Assembly: GCA_964587565.1 (NCBI GenBank)
Contig: CAZPLK010000003.1
Location: 16,276-80,275, forward strand
Source: an uncultured Muribaculaceae bacterium
Lineage (GTDB): Bacteria; Bacillota_I; Bacilli_A; RF39; UBA660
Direction: 5' to 3'
DNA length: 64,000 bases
Under the pieces are notes generated by a model. That model had not been told where the DNA came from. It worked only from the letters and a program-made list of their open reading frames with translations, and searched no databases. The position numbers and the translations under genes are program-made. Positions 44,560 to 53,986 of this stretch are shown one piece after another (position 1 is the stretch's first letter; every line of letters begins with the position of its first letter).

Positions 44560-44802
44560 ATGAAATTTACTGATAGTTTTTTTAAGAAGATAGAAAGTAA
44601 AACAAATGTGAATAAGGATGCTATTTTAGATTTAGCAAATAAGTTGCAGCAAAATGATTTGAAAGATGAAAATACTTTAAGGGAAATTATTCAAGAATTA
44701 GGCAAAATGACTGGAAAAGAAGTATCAAAAGAAAAAGAGACAAAAATTATAGAAGCTGTTATAAATGATAAAGTTCCAAAAGATTTAGATAAGCTTGTTT
44801 AA
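44560..44802 (+). CDS. SpoVIF-like small sporulation protein
   Basis: 80 aa. The FFKKIESKTNVNKDAILDLANKL...LKDENTLREIIQELGKMTGKEVSKEKE pattern resembles stage VI sporulation protein F. Confidence 0.4.
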   Translation: MKFTDSFFKKIESKTNVNKDAILDLANKLQQNDLKDENTLREIIQELGKMTGKEVSKEKETKIIEAVINDKVPKDLDKLV

Positions 44803-44844
44803 TAAATAAAATATGTGTTATAATTATTCTTCAGAGGGGATATT

Positions 44845-45459
44845 ATGAATAATAACTACAATCTAATTTTAGAGAAAACTCTAAAATTGTTACTCAAAGA
44901 TGATAAAGTTCCAGATTTATTGCTCCATAGTTGTTGTGCACCTTGTAGCACATATGTTATTCTATATTTATCTAATTATTTTAATATTACATTGTTTTTT
45001 TATAATCCAAATATTATGCCCGATGAAGAATATAATAAGCGGTTAGAAGAACAGAAAAAATTTATTGAATATATTAAAACTAAAAATCCAATTAGATTTG
45101 TTGAAGGAAGTTACAATTATAAACTTTTTTTAAATAAGGTTAAAGGATTAGAAATGGAACGAGAAGGTTCATTAAGGTGTTTTAAATGTTATAAGTTGCG
45201 TTTAGAGGAGACCGCAAAGTATGCTAAAAATAATAACTATGATTATTTTGCAACAACATTAACTGTAAGCCCTTATAAAAACGCACAAAAAATTAATGAA
45301 ATTGGTATTATTTTAGGCGAATCGTATAAAATCAATTATTTAGTATCAGATTTTAAGAAAAAAGATGGTTATAAAAAATCTATTGAAATATCTAAAAAAT
45401 ATAATTTATATCGCCAAAGTTATTGTGGTTGTTCTTTTTCAAATCAAAAGATTAATTAA
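44845..45459 (+). CDS. queH: epoxyqueuosine reductase QueH (DUF208)
   Basis: LLHSCCAPCS near the N-terminus and YCGC near the C-terminus. Confidence 0.75.
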   Translation: MNNNYNLILEKTLKLLLKDDKVPDLLLHSCCAPCSTYVILYLSNYFNITLFFYNPNIMPDEEYNKRLEEQKKFIEYIKTKNPIRFVEGSYNYKLFLNKVKGLEMEREGSLRCFKCYKLRLEETAKYAKNNNYDYFATTLTVSPYKNAQKINEIGIILGESYKINYLVSDFKKKDGYKKSIEISKKYNLYRQSYCGCSFSNQKIN

Positions 45460-45481
45460 TCTTTTGTTTTTTCATTTTGTT

Positions 45482-45527
45482 TTGACATATGTCATTAACA
45501 GTGGTATACTTAAGTTGACATATGTTA
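45482..45527 (+). promoter_or_regulatory. promoter with two copies of an operator-like repeat
   Basis: TTGACA (45482-45487), 17-nt spacer, TGgTATACT. TTGACATATGTCA (which contains the perfect palindrome TGACATATGTCA) repeats 33 nt later as TTGACATATGTTA. Confidence 0.5.
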
Positions 45528-45543
45528 CTAAGGAGGTGATCTA

Positions 45544-45726
45544 ATGCCTAGATTTGATGGTACTGGTCCAATTGGAAAGGGTACATTAACTGGACGCGGT
45601 TTAGGACCTTGTTGTGATATAAGAGAAAAGAATTCTAATAATAAAAATGAAGACTTGAAAGATGAAGTGAAAAAGTTACAAAAAAGACTAAAAGAAGTTG
45701 AAGATGAACTTAAAAAAAGGGCATGA
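45544..45726 (+). CDS. DUF5320-family small protein
   Basis: MPRFDGTGPIGKGTLTGRGLGPC N-terminus and a coiled-coil tail. Confidence 0.6.
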   Translation: MPRFDGTGPIGKGTLTGRGLGPCCDIREKNSNNKNEDLKDEVKKLQKRLKEVEDELKKRA

Positions 45727-45740
45727 GGATGTGATGTGTT

Positions 45741-46100
45741 ATTAATCGTTCAAGAAAAAGAAGACGAGTTTGTTCATTACCTGCAAACAATAAGTTTGGT
45801 CCAATTGGAAAAAGGGGAAATTATAATAGTGGTTTTATAAATATGAGTGTTGATGAATATGAAACGATCAGGTTAATTGATTTAGAAGGTTATAACCAAG
45901 AAGAGTGTGCTAAACAAATGAATGTTGCAAGAACTACTGTACAAGGAATATACGCTAGAGCAAGGGTTAAGATAGCAAAATCTTTAGTTAATGGTAAGGC
46001 ATTAGTTATTAATGGTGGAAACTACCAACTATGTGACGATGTTATAAGAGGTTGTGGAAGAGCGTGTATAAATAAAAACTTTAAAGATAGAACTCATTAA
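45741..46100 (+). CDS. DUF134 (UPF0251) DNA-binding protein, probable non-canonical ATT start
   Basis: The ORF track starts at ATG 45843. The conserved family N-terminus (NRSRKRRRVCSLPANNKFGP) is encoded in frame upstream, with GAGGA 11 nt before ATT 45741. An HTH-like segment (ECAKQMNVARTTVQGIY) is present. Confidence 0.55.
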   Translation: MNRSRKRRRVCSLPANNKFGPIGKRGNYNSGFINMSVDEYETIRLIDLEGYNQEECAKQMNVARTTVQGIYARARVKIAKSLVNGKALVINGGNYQLCDDVIRGCGRACINKNFKDRTH

Positions 46101-46153
46101 TATCGTAATTATTAAAGAATGTGCCATTACATTCTTTTTTATTTAAATAATAA

Positions 46154-46182
46154 TCATATATAAACAAGAACGTTCATATATT
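46154..46182 (+). promoter_or_regulatory. possible sigma-E-type promoter of spoIVA
   Basis: TCATATA, then 16 nt from the ATA to CATATATT, 30 nt upstream of the ATG. Chance matches are likely in AT-rich DNA. Confidence 0.3.
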
Positions 46183-46211
46183 TAAATGAATTAGATGAAA
46201 GTAGGGATTAT

Positions 46212-47687
46212 ATGGAAAAAATGGATATTATTAGAAGTATAACCGAAAGAACTGGTGGCGATCTTTATTTAGGTGTTGTTGGAGCAGTTAGAACAGGAAA
46301 ATCAACTTTTATAAAAAAGGTAATTGAAAACTTAGTTGTACCTAATATAGAGGATGAGTACGAAAGAAAAAGGGCATTAGATGAAATACCACAAAGTGCT
46401 CAAGGAAAAATGATTATGACAACAGAGCCCAAATTTGTGCCATCTAATGCAGCGACTATACAAATAGATACATTCAGTGCGAATGTAAGGCTAGTTGATT
46501 GTGTTGGTTATGTAATACCTAATGCTAAAGGATATGAAGATGAAAATGGTCCTAGGATGGTCAAAACACCATGGTACGATGAAGAAATACCATTTATAGA
46601 AGCGGCTGAAATAGGAACTGAAAAAGTAATAAAAGATCATTCTAGTATAGGTATTGTAGTCACCACTGATGGCTCAATTGGAGAAATTGATAGGGCGAGT
46701 TATATAGAAGCCGAAACAAGAGTTATAAATGAATTAAAAGAAATAGGCAAACCATTTATTGTACTATTGAATTCAGTACATCCAATGCTACCAGAAACTG
46801 AAAGATTGGCTGAAAAACTTTATTCAGAGCATTTCGTTCCCGTTATACCGGTAAGTATTGAAAATATGACTGAAAGAGATATTTATACAATTTTAAAGGA
46901 AGCTTTATATGAATTTCCTGTAACTGAGGTAAGTGTAAAGATGCCAGAATGGATTGCATGTCTTTCACCATCAAATTGGTTAAAGCAAATATATATAGAA
47001 AAAATAAAAGAGAGTGTGGTGGAAATTGACAAACTTAGAGATGTTGATAAAATTACTGCTCCTTTTGTAGAATGTGAATATATAGATAAGGCTTATTTAT
47101 CAGAAGTTGATACATCAACCGGTATAGTTAACGTTACATTAGATGCACCAAAAGGACTTTATAATCAAGTATTAAAGGAAATAATAGGGATTGATGTAAG
47201 AAATCGTGCTCAATTATTAAGTTTGTTTCAAGATTTTAATGAAGCAAAACATGAATATGACCAAATTAAAGGTGCATTAAAAATGGTAAAACAAACAGGT
47301 TATGGAGTGGCTTCTCCAACTTTACTAGATATGAAGTTAGATACACCTGAAATAATTAAACAAGGCAATAGGTATGGTATCAAGTTAAAAGCAGTAGCAC
47401 CATCGATACACATGATTCGGGTAGATGTAGAGTCAACGTTTGAGCCTATTATAGGTTCGGAAATTCAAAGTAAAGAATTAATTAATCACTTGATGAAGGA
47501 CTATGATTCAACGCCTGAAAACATTTGGAAAAGTGAAATATTTGGTAGGAGTCTCGATGTTATAGTAAAAGAGGGCATACAAGCTAAATTATCTTTAATG
47601 CCTGAAAACGCAAGATATAAACTTCAACAAACTTTATCAAAATTAGTTAATAAGGGCTCTGGTAATTTATTCGCAATTGTTTTGTAA
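46212..47687 (+). CDS. spoIVA: stage IV sporulation protein A
   Basis: MDIIRSITERTGGDLYLGVVGAVRTGKSTFIKK (Walker A) and full-length collinearity (491 aa). Confidence 0.9.
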   Translation: MEKMDIIRSITERTGGDLYLGVVGAVRTGKSTFIKKVIENLVVPNIEDEYERKRALDEIPQSAQGKMIMTTEPKFVPSNAATIQIDTFSANVRLVDCVGYVIPNAKGYEDENGPRMVKTPWYDEEIPFIEAAEIGTEKVIKDHSSIGIVVTTDGSIGEIDRASYIEAETRVINELKEIGKPFIVLLNSVHPMLPETERLAEKLYSEHFVPVIPVSIENMTERDIYTILKEALYEFPVTEVSVKMPEWIACLSPSNWLKQIYIEKIKESVVEIDKLRDVDKITAPFVECEYIDKAYLSEVDTSTGIVNVTLDAPKGLYNQVLKEIIGIDVRNRAQLLSLFQDFNEAKHEYDQIKGALKMVKQTGYGVASPTLLDMKLDTPEIIKQGNRYGIKLKAVAPSIHMIRVDVESTFEPIIGSEIQSKELINHLMKDYDSTPENIWKSEIFGRSLDVIVKEGIQAKLSLMPENARYKLQQTLSKLVNKGSGNLFAIVL

Positions 47688-47690
47688 GAT

Positions 47691-47716
47691 AACTTCTGTT
47701 AAAAACAGAAGTTTTT
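47691..47716 (+). terminator. spoIVA terminator
   Basis: AACTTCTGTT-AAA-AACAGAAGTT followed by TTT. Confidence 0.75.
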
Positions 47717-47923
47717 AAATTGTTAATACATATCTTGGGTTGATTGTGAATAAAATATATTGAATGAATAAGCAAATGTAAATTTACTTAAAATAATGTA
47801 GTAATAAGCTAGTTAAAATGAATAATTGTAAGAAATATATGTAAAAATGTTGATTTTACATTGAAATAATGGTATTCTTTAATTGTAAGCAAGATAATTG
47901 CTTTAATATAGGGAGGTATAGAA

Positions 47924-48196
47924 ATGACTAAAACAGATTTAGTAAATTTTATTGCAGAAGAAACTGGCTTTACAAAAGCAGATGCATCTCGTGCTTTAGA
48001 AGCAATGATTAAAGGTGTAACTACAGGATTGCAAGAAGGAGATAAAGTAACTTTAACTGGTTTTTGTACATTTACAGCAAAAGATAGACCAGAAAAACAA
48101 GGACGTAATCCAAGAACTGGAGAACCAGTTACTATTCCTGCTAGAAGAGCAGTTTCAATTAAAGCAGGTTCAAAATTAAAAGAAGCTTTAAACTAA
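47924..48196 (+). CDS. hup: DNA-binding protein HU
   Basis: MTKTDLVNFIAEETG...GFCTFTAKDRPEKQGRNPRTGEPVTIPARR. Confidence 0.9.
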   Translation: MTKTDLVNFIAEETGFTKADASRALEAMIKGVTTGLQEGDKVTLTGFCTFTAKDRPEKQGRNPRTGEPVTIPARRAVSIKAGSKLKEALN

Positions 48197-48217
48197 AAAG
48201 GCATTAGGCCTTTTTTT
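48195..48217 (+). terminator. hup terminator
   Basis: AAAAAGGC-ATTAG-GCCTTTTT plus additional T. Confidence 0.7.
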
Positions 48218-48232
48218 AATGTGAGGTGAACT

Positions 48233-49324
48233 ATGTTTTATACTACTAAGAAGGTATTAAAAAAAATAGAAAACGAAGGATTTAAAGCCTATGTAGTGGG
48301 TGGATACCCTAGGGATTTATATTTAAACAGAAAAAGTGTTGATGTTGATATTTGTACAAATGCAACTCCTAAGGAATTAAAAGGAATATTTCCAAGCGTA
48401 AGTATTCAACCTGTTAAATATGGTTCTGTTTCACTTAGGTGTAATAATATTCATTTTGAAATAACTACTTTTAGAAAAGAAATAAAATATGAAAACAATA
48501 GAATACCTGTTAAGATCAAATATATTGATGATTTATTAGAAGATTTAAAACGCAGGGATTTTTATATGAATACGTTATGTATGAATTCTGATGGTGAAAT
48601 GATTGATTTATTAGGTGCTAAGGATGATTTAAATAATGGTGTTATAAGAATGATAGGTAAAACTAAACACCGTTTAAAAGAAGATGTTTTAAGGATTTTA
48701 AGGGCTGTTAGATTTGCAACACAATTAAATTTTAAGTTAGATAAAGAGTTGGAAAAATATATAATTAAGTATGGCCATTTGGTAAAAAAATTATCATATG
48801 AACGAAAAAAAGATGAATTAGATAAAATTTTTTCTAGTCCAAATATTAATTATGGTATAGAGTTGTTAATAAGTACAAAACTAGATAAACATTTACAATT
48901 AAACAATTTGGAAAACATTGTAATTACTCATTCATTGATTGGAATATGGGCACAACTAGATGTGTTAAATGTGTATAGATTTAATAATAATGAAATTAAT
49001 TCTATAAAATTAATTAATGAACTTATTAATAAGGATATTTTAGACGATCAAAATTTATATAAATATGGTTTATATATTTCAATTACAGCAGGAGAAATTA
49101 AGGGTATTGATAAAAAGTTAATTATTGAAAAATTTGATCAATTATATATAACTAATAAGAGTGATATTGCAATTACTGCCGAAGAAATATGTACAATATT
49201 GAAAAAGAAACCTGGGCATTTTTTAAAAGAAATTTTGGGCGATATTGAACAAAAGTTAATTGATAAAGAAATAGTTAACGATAAAAAAGAATTACAAGAT
49301 TATGTTTTAGCTAATTATAATTAA
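48233..49324 (+). CDS. cca: CCA-adding tRNA nucleotidyltransferase family protein
   Basis: VVGGYPRDLYLNRKSVDVDICT, RRDFYMNTL, LRAVRFATQL. Confidence 0.7.
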   Translation: MFYTTKKVLKKIENEGFKAYVVGGYPRDLYLNRKSVDVDICTNATPKELKGIFPSVSIQPVKYGSVSLRCNNIHFEITTFRKEIKYENNRIPVKIKYIDDLLEDLKRRDFYMNTLCMNSDGEMIDLLGAKDDLNNGVIRMIGKTKHRLKEDVLRILRAVRFATQLNFKLDKELEKYIIKYGHLVKKLSYERKKDELDKIFSSPNINYGIELLISTKLDKHLQLNNLENIVITHSLIGIWAQLDVLNVYRFNNNEINSIKLINELINKDILDDQNLYKYGLYISITAGEIKGIDKKLIIEKFDQLYITNKSDIAITAEEICTILKKKPGHFLKEILGDIEQKLIDKEIVNDKKELQDYVLANYN

Positions 49325-49372
49325 AGGTTTAAAAGGTACAGCAATTGATGTATAATAATTATAGGTGATAAT

Positions 49373-50020
49373 ATGACAGAAAAAATAATTAATATAATAA
49401 AAAAGGGTTGTTTTACAATTCCTTATGTATTGTTTTTAAATTATAAAGATTTAAAAATATCTGATGAAGAGTTTATATTGCTTATTTATTTACTAAATAC
49501 AAATAACAATATATACAATCCACCTAAAATTGCTGAAGTATTAAATGTGGAAGTTGGTAAAGTTTTAGAGTTGGTCAATGAATTAGTTCAAAAAGACATT
49601 TTAATTTTAGAAATTAAAGTAGAAGATAATGTTCACGTTGAATACATTTCATTAGAAAACTTATATACTAAATTGGCATTTTATGTTATCAATGAAAAAG
49701 TTGAGCCTATAATTAATGAAAATATATATGATTGTTTTGAAAAAGAGTTGGGACGTCCATTATCACCAATCGAATTTGAATTAATAAATGGTTGGCAATC
49801 TAATAAAATAAACGATGATTTAATTTTATTAGCTTTAAAGGAAGCTGTATATAATGGTGCTATAAGTTTGCGATATATTGATAGAATTTTGTTTGACTGG
49901 ATAAAAAAGGGTATTAAGACCAAAGACGATGTTCAGAAAGAAAAACAAAAGTTTAAAAAAAAGAAAGATAATTTAAATGTTTTTGATTACGACTGGTTGA
50001 ACGAGAATGAAACAAATTAA
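49373..50020 (+). CDS. dnaD: DnaD-domain replication initiation/membrane attachment protein
   Basis: FEKELGRPLSPIEFELINGW and YIDRILFDWIKKGI. It lies immediately upstream of nth, as in Bacillus. Confidence 0.6.
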   Translation: MTEKIINIIKKGCFTIPYVLFLNYKDLKISDEEFILLIYLLNTNNNIYNPPKIAEVLNVEVGKVLELVNELVQKDILILEIKVEDNVHVEYISLENLYTKLAFYVINEKVEPIINENIYDCFEKELGRPLSPIEFELINGWQSNKINDDLILLALKEAVYNGAISLRYIDRILFDWIKKGIKTKDDVQKEKQKFKKKKDNLNVFDYDWLNENETN

Positions 50021-50645
50021 ATTGACTAAAATATTTAATTATTTTGATGAACTTTATCCAGATGCAAAATGTGAATTAAATTATCAAAAAGATTATGAAT
50101 TATTAATTTCCGTTATGTTAAGTGCTCAAACAACTGATGTTAGGGTTAACCAAGTAACATCCATATTATATGAGAAATATCCAACTTTAGAAAAATTACA
50201 AAGTGCTAATCCAGAAGATATTATTAATATAATTAGACCAATCGGTACATTTAGAATTAAAACATCTAATATAATAAATATTGTAACAAGTTTAATTAAC
50301 GATCAAAATGGGATTGTACCAAATGATAGAATATATTTAGAAAGTTTACCTGGTGTAGGGAGAAAAACAGCAAATGTTGTTTTAAGTGAATTATTTAATA
50401 AACCAGTATTAGCAGTTGATACTCATGTTAAAAGGGTTAGTATAAGACTTGGATTAGTCAATGAAAATGATAGTGTATTGGTTATTGAAAAAAAATTAAC
50501 AAATTTAATACCGACAAATAAAATTAACAAATTTCATCATCAAATGATTTTTTTCGGTAGGTATCATTGTAAAGCAAAAAAACCAAATTGTAGTAAATGT
50601 AAACTATCAAATATATGTAATTATTACAACAAAAAAACAGAATGA
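50007..50645 (+). CDS. nth: endonuclease III
   Basis: HhH LPGVGRKTANVVL, AVDTHV, and Fe-S cluster CKAKKPNCSKCKLSNIC. Confidence 0.85.
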   Translation: MKQIKLTKIFNYFDELYPDAKCELNYQKDYELLISVMLSAQTTDVRVNQVTSILYEKYPTLEKLQSANPEDIINIIRPIGTFRIKTSNIINIVTSLINDQNGIVPNDRIYLESLPGVGRKTANVVLSELFNKPVLAVDTHVKRVSIRLGLVNENDSVLVIEKKLTNLIPTNKINKFHHQMIFFGRYHCKAKKPNCSKCKLSNICNYYNKKTE

Positions 50646-50719
50646 TACTATTATTTATTAAGTATATATAAAACACAAAACTAATTGTAATAAACTGTGA
50701 TTTACAGTTAATGATTTTT

Positions 50720-50756
50720 AAACACGTTAAATGTTATACTAAACAACGTGTTTTTT
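50720..50756 (+). terminator. terminator downstream of nth
   Basis: AAACACGTT-N16-AACGTGTTT followed by TTT. Confidence 0.55.
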
Positions 50757-51058
50757 ATTTTTTCTTTAAGGTGTGAGAACTACTTTCCATCAAAGAGTTA
50801 TCTTACAAACTCTACCCTTAAATATACTTGCTTTGTAACGTAATCACCCCATTTTGTTTTGATATATTTTACTTGAATAATGGTTCCTTCATTTGAATAT
50901 ATTAGTCTTAACTTAAATTAATTTAATAATTTTATAACTTTTTTGTTTTTTTCCCATAATAAAATACCTCTAAAGCGTTTATTAAATTTATTTTAACATA
51001 TACAAATATGTTTTTTTATTTAATGTTTACTTTAAAGGTATTATAATAAAGATTTTTT

Positions 51059-53986
51059 TTATTTTACAATAACTATTCTTTTATGAGTGTTTGAGTAGTT
51101 ACTGTAATTAACTGTATAAGTAATTATAAAAGTATTAGGCTTTGATGTATCAATTTTAGAAACAACTTCACCTGTATTTTCTATTTTAATTTGTTTGGTG
51201 ATTTCTGCCAAGTTGGTTATATCATTTGTACCATCGTACACATTTATACTAGGTGAAAATTCCGTATAACTATCACCAACATTAATTGTAATTTCTTTAT
51301 CGCCAAATAATTCTGAAGTTATATTTGATATAATACTGCCTGTTTGTGAAATGGTAGTTTCAACACCAGAGCTCATGTTTGCACTAAATATAGAATAAGT
51401 TGATTTAACTACATATGTGACATTACCCCCAATAGCATTTGTTTTGAAATTGGTGTTTTTAGTAAAGCCCAAAAGTTTTAAACTTCCATTTTCCTTAATA
51501 TAAACATTGTAACCTAAATCCCCTATATTTTTGGAATTATATGACAATAAGCTATTTAAAAATTTTGTTTGTTCTTTATTATTATTAAATATTTTTTTAG
51601 AATATTGTGTTAAATAATCTTTATCTATTGCATTTGGTTTAGCAATTGGGTTCCATGAAATATTAATTTTATTTCCTTCTTGTTCTGCTGAAATGTTTGT
51701 AGGATTATCAAGAGTATCAAAGCGTTTTGATACATCTGTTGGTTCGGTTCCTTTTTTAAATAATTCAGTAATGATCATATTTTTTGGTGTGAATTTACTT
51801 GGTAACATTGCTGGAACAGTATCCTTTTCAATTTGTACACTTATTACATCTTTTGGACGAGTAAAATTTTTATTTTCCTTATATATTCCTTTTGCAACTG
51901 TTTGGAATAAAACTCTATAGTTAGCTGTTCCGAATCTATTATAATATTTGCTTGAAATTTCATCGTATCCATACCATTGGGCTATTGCATAATCTGGATT
52001 ATATGATGCGATCCATAAATCATTTACAGCATTACTCGGTAAGTTGTGATGTTCAAACACTTCTGGCGGGAAATTACTAGTACCTGTCTTAGCACAATAA
52101 TTTACTCCATTAACGTTCCAATTACCATACAATCCCCAGCGTGCTGCATCGAGTAACACATCACTAACCATGTAGGCTGTTGCTTCACTCATTACTCTTT
52201 CTTTTGGAACTTTGTTTTCAAAAGTTTCATTGCTATCTTTAAAAATTATTTTTTTAACAGAATGGGGTTTAATGTAATAACCACCATTTCCAAACGCTGC
52301 ATATGCCCCGGCTAAGGTAACTGGTGATTCACCAGTGTAACCGCCTAATGCGTGCGATTCGTGTAAAAGGGTACCTTCGATTTCAGGGTTAAGTCCTAGT
52401 GAGGTAATAAATTTTTGTAAGTCTTTATTACTAATATCTTGAAATGCTTTTAACGCCGGAATATTTCTAGAAGTTCTAAGTGCTTCTCTTAGAGTAGTTA
52501 AACCTTCATATTTTAAATCCCAATTATGAATTTGAATTCCTGTAGAATAAGAATGAGGTTCATCAGTGAACGGGTGGTAAGTAGACCAGTTATTTAATTC
52601 AATTCCTGGAGCATAGTCAAATAAAGGTTTTGATGTTGAACCAATATGTCTTTTCATATCTGTTGCTAAATTAAAGCCTTTTAAGTTCTTTTTATGTCTT
52701 CCAGCACTAACCGCTGCTATACCTCCGGTTTTGACATCTATAACTGCAATACCGGCATCTACAACTTCATTTTCCCAAGTGTATAACTCTCCATTTAAAA
52801 CTTTGTTTATGTGGTTTTGTTTATCGATATCAAAAGTTGTATAAATTTCCATTGCTGTAGAAAAAGGATCTTTATCGGTAAGTTTTAAAACTTCGTCTAC
52901 AACGGTATTTATTACCCCAACATATTCCCCGTTATCCTCTTCATCATGTTTTATTAAAATATCTTCAATACTTATTGATTCGGCCAATTTTCTTTCTTCT
53001 TTATTTATATAACCATGACGTTCCATTAAGTACAGTACAACTTTACGTCTTGACTCCGCATCTTCTGGATATAAATATGGATCATAACCATTTGGTGCTT
53101 GGAATAATCCTGCAATTAATGCTGCTTCTGGTAAAGTTAAATCTTTTGCTGTTTTCCCAAAATATAGTTGAGACGCTTGTTCAACTCCGTAAGCACCACC
53201 ATAATTTTGTCCACCTAAGTAATTTGAATTTGCGTAAAACTCTAATATTTCAAATTTAGTATATTTTTTTTCTACTTTAAATATAGATAAATATATATCG
53301 GTGAATTTTCTCATTATTCCTTTAATACCTTTATCTTCTGTTGAGGTAAAATGATTTTTAACAATTTGCATTGTTAATGTTGATGCACCACCGGCGTCTT
53401 GGCCTAATGCTTGACCAAAAGATGCTTTTAAAAATCTTGGCAAATCAAAGCCATTATGTTGAAAAAATCTTGCATCCTCTGTTGCGATAATGGCATCAAT
53501 TAAAGTTTCTGACATATCTTCATATGTTATTTTTTCTCGCATTTCCTTACCAATTTTCCCTATAATTTTACCTTCATTATCGTAGATAATACTCGCTTCT
53601 GATTTATAAAGTTTATCCGGGTTAAATTCAGGTGCATTCTTAACTATAATGTAAAAGAAAATAATCGCACATATAAGTCCTAATATAGCGAGTGAGAAAA
53701 AAGCTATAAGTATATATTTGACTTTTTTATTTTTGTTTTTGTTTTTATTATTTGTGTTGTTTTTTTTCTTTTTATCTTTTTTACGAACAACTTTCTTACT
53801 TTTAAATGTTTTTAAAAATTTCAATAAAGGTTTCCAAAAAAGAATTAAATTTAGAATACCAATAATTAAAAATGATAAAATAAAATTAAAAGCAATCGAA
53901 CCGATAATTAAACCTAATATACTTACAATTGCGATTACAATGTTTTCATAATTAGTTCCTTTCTTTTTACTATTTTTTTTACTCAT
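51059..53986 (-). CDS. ponA: class A penicillin-binding protein (PBP1A-type) with N- and C-terminal extensions
   Basis: GT51 motifs EDARFFQHNGFD and GASTLTMQ. Transpeptidase motifs STSKP, SRN and KTGTS. Confidence 0.9.
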   Translation of the reverse strand: MSKKNSKKKGTNYENIVIAIVSILGLIIGSIAFNFILSFLIIGILNLILFWKPLLKFLKTFKSKKVVRKKDKKKKNNTNNKNKNKNKKVKYILIAFFSLAILGLICAIIFFYIIVKNAPEFNPDKLYKSEASIIYDNEGKIIGKIGKEMREKITYEDMSETLIDAIIATEDARFFQHNGFDLPRFLKASFGQALGQDAGGASTLTMQIVKNHFTSTEDKGIKGIMRKFTDIYLSIFKVEKKYTKFEILEFYANSNYLGGQNYGGAYGVEQASQLYFGKTAKDLTLPEAALIAGLFQAPNGYDPYLYPEDAESRRKVVLYLMERHGYINKEERKLAESISIEDILIKHDEEDNGEYVGVINTVVDEVLKLTDKDPFSTAMEIYTTFDIDKQNHINKVLNGELYTWENEVVDAGIAVIDVKTGGIAAVSAGRHKKNLKGFNLATDMKRHIGSTSKPLFDYAPGIELNNWSTYHPFTDEPHSYSTGIQIHNWDLKYEGLTTLREALRTSRNIPALKAFQDISNKDLQKFITSLGLNPEIEGTLLHESHALGGYTGESPVTLAGAYAAFGNGGYYIKPHSVKKIIFKDSNETFENKVPKERVMSEATAYMVSDVLLDAARWGLYGNWNVNGVNYCAKTGTSNFPPEVFEHHNLPSNAVNDLWIASYNPDYAIAQWYGYDEISSKYYNRFGTANYRVLFQTVAKGIYKENKNFTRPKDVISVQIEKDTVPAMLPSKFTPKNMIITELFKKGTEPTDVSKRFDTLDNPTNISAEQEGNKINISWNPIAKPNAIDKDYLTQYSKKIFNNNKEQTKFLNSLLSYNSKNIGDLGYNVYIKENGSLKLLGFTKNTNFKTNAIGGNVTYVVKSTYSIFSANMSSGVETTISQTGSIISNITSELFGDKEITINVGDSYTEFSPSINVYDGTNDITNLAEITKQIKIENTGEVVSKIDTSKPNTFIITYTVNYSNYSNTHKRIVIVK

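Noticed and set aside
50775-50960. Minus-strand coding remnant in the nth-ponA spacer: RBS GAGGT plus MGKKQKSYKIIKLI-stop, then in another frame ..NEGTIIQVKYIKTKWGDYVTKQVYLRVEFVR-stop
   Set aside because: The protein-like second frame has no start codon. Single-base changes in the A-runs do not join the two frames. It may be a decayed small gene, but I cannot support a call.
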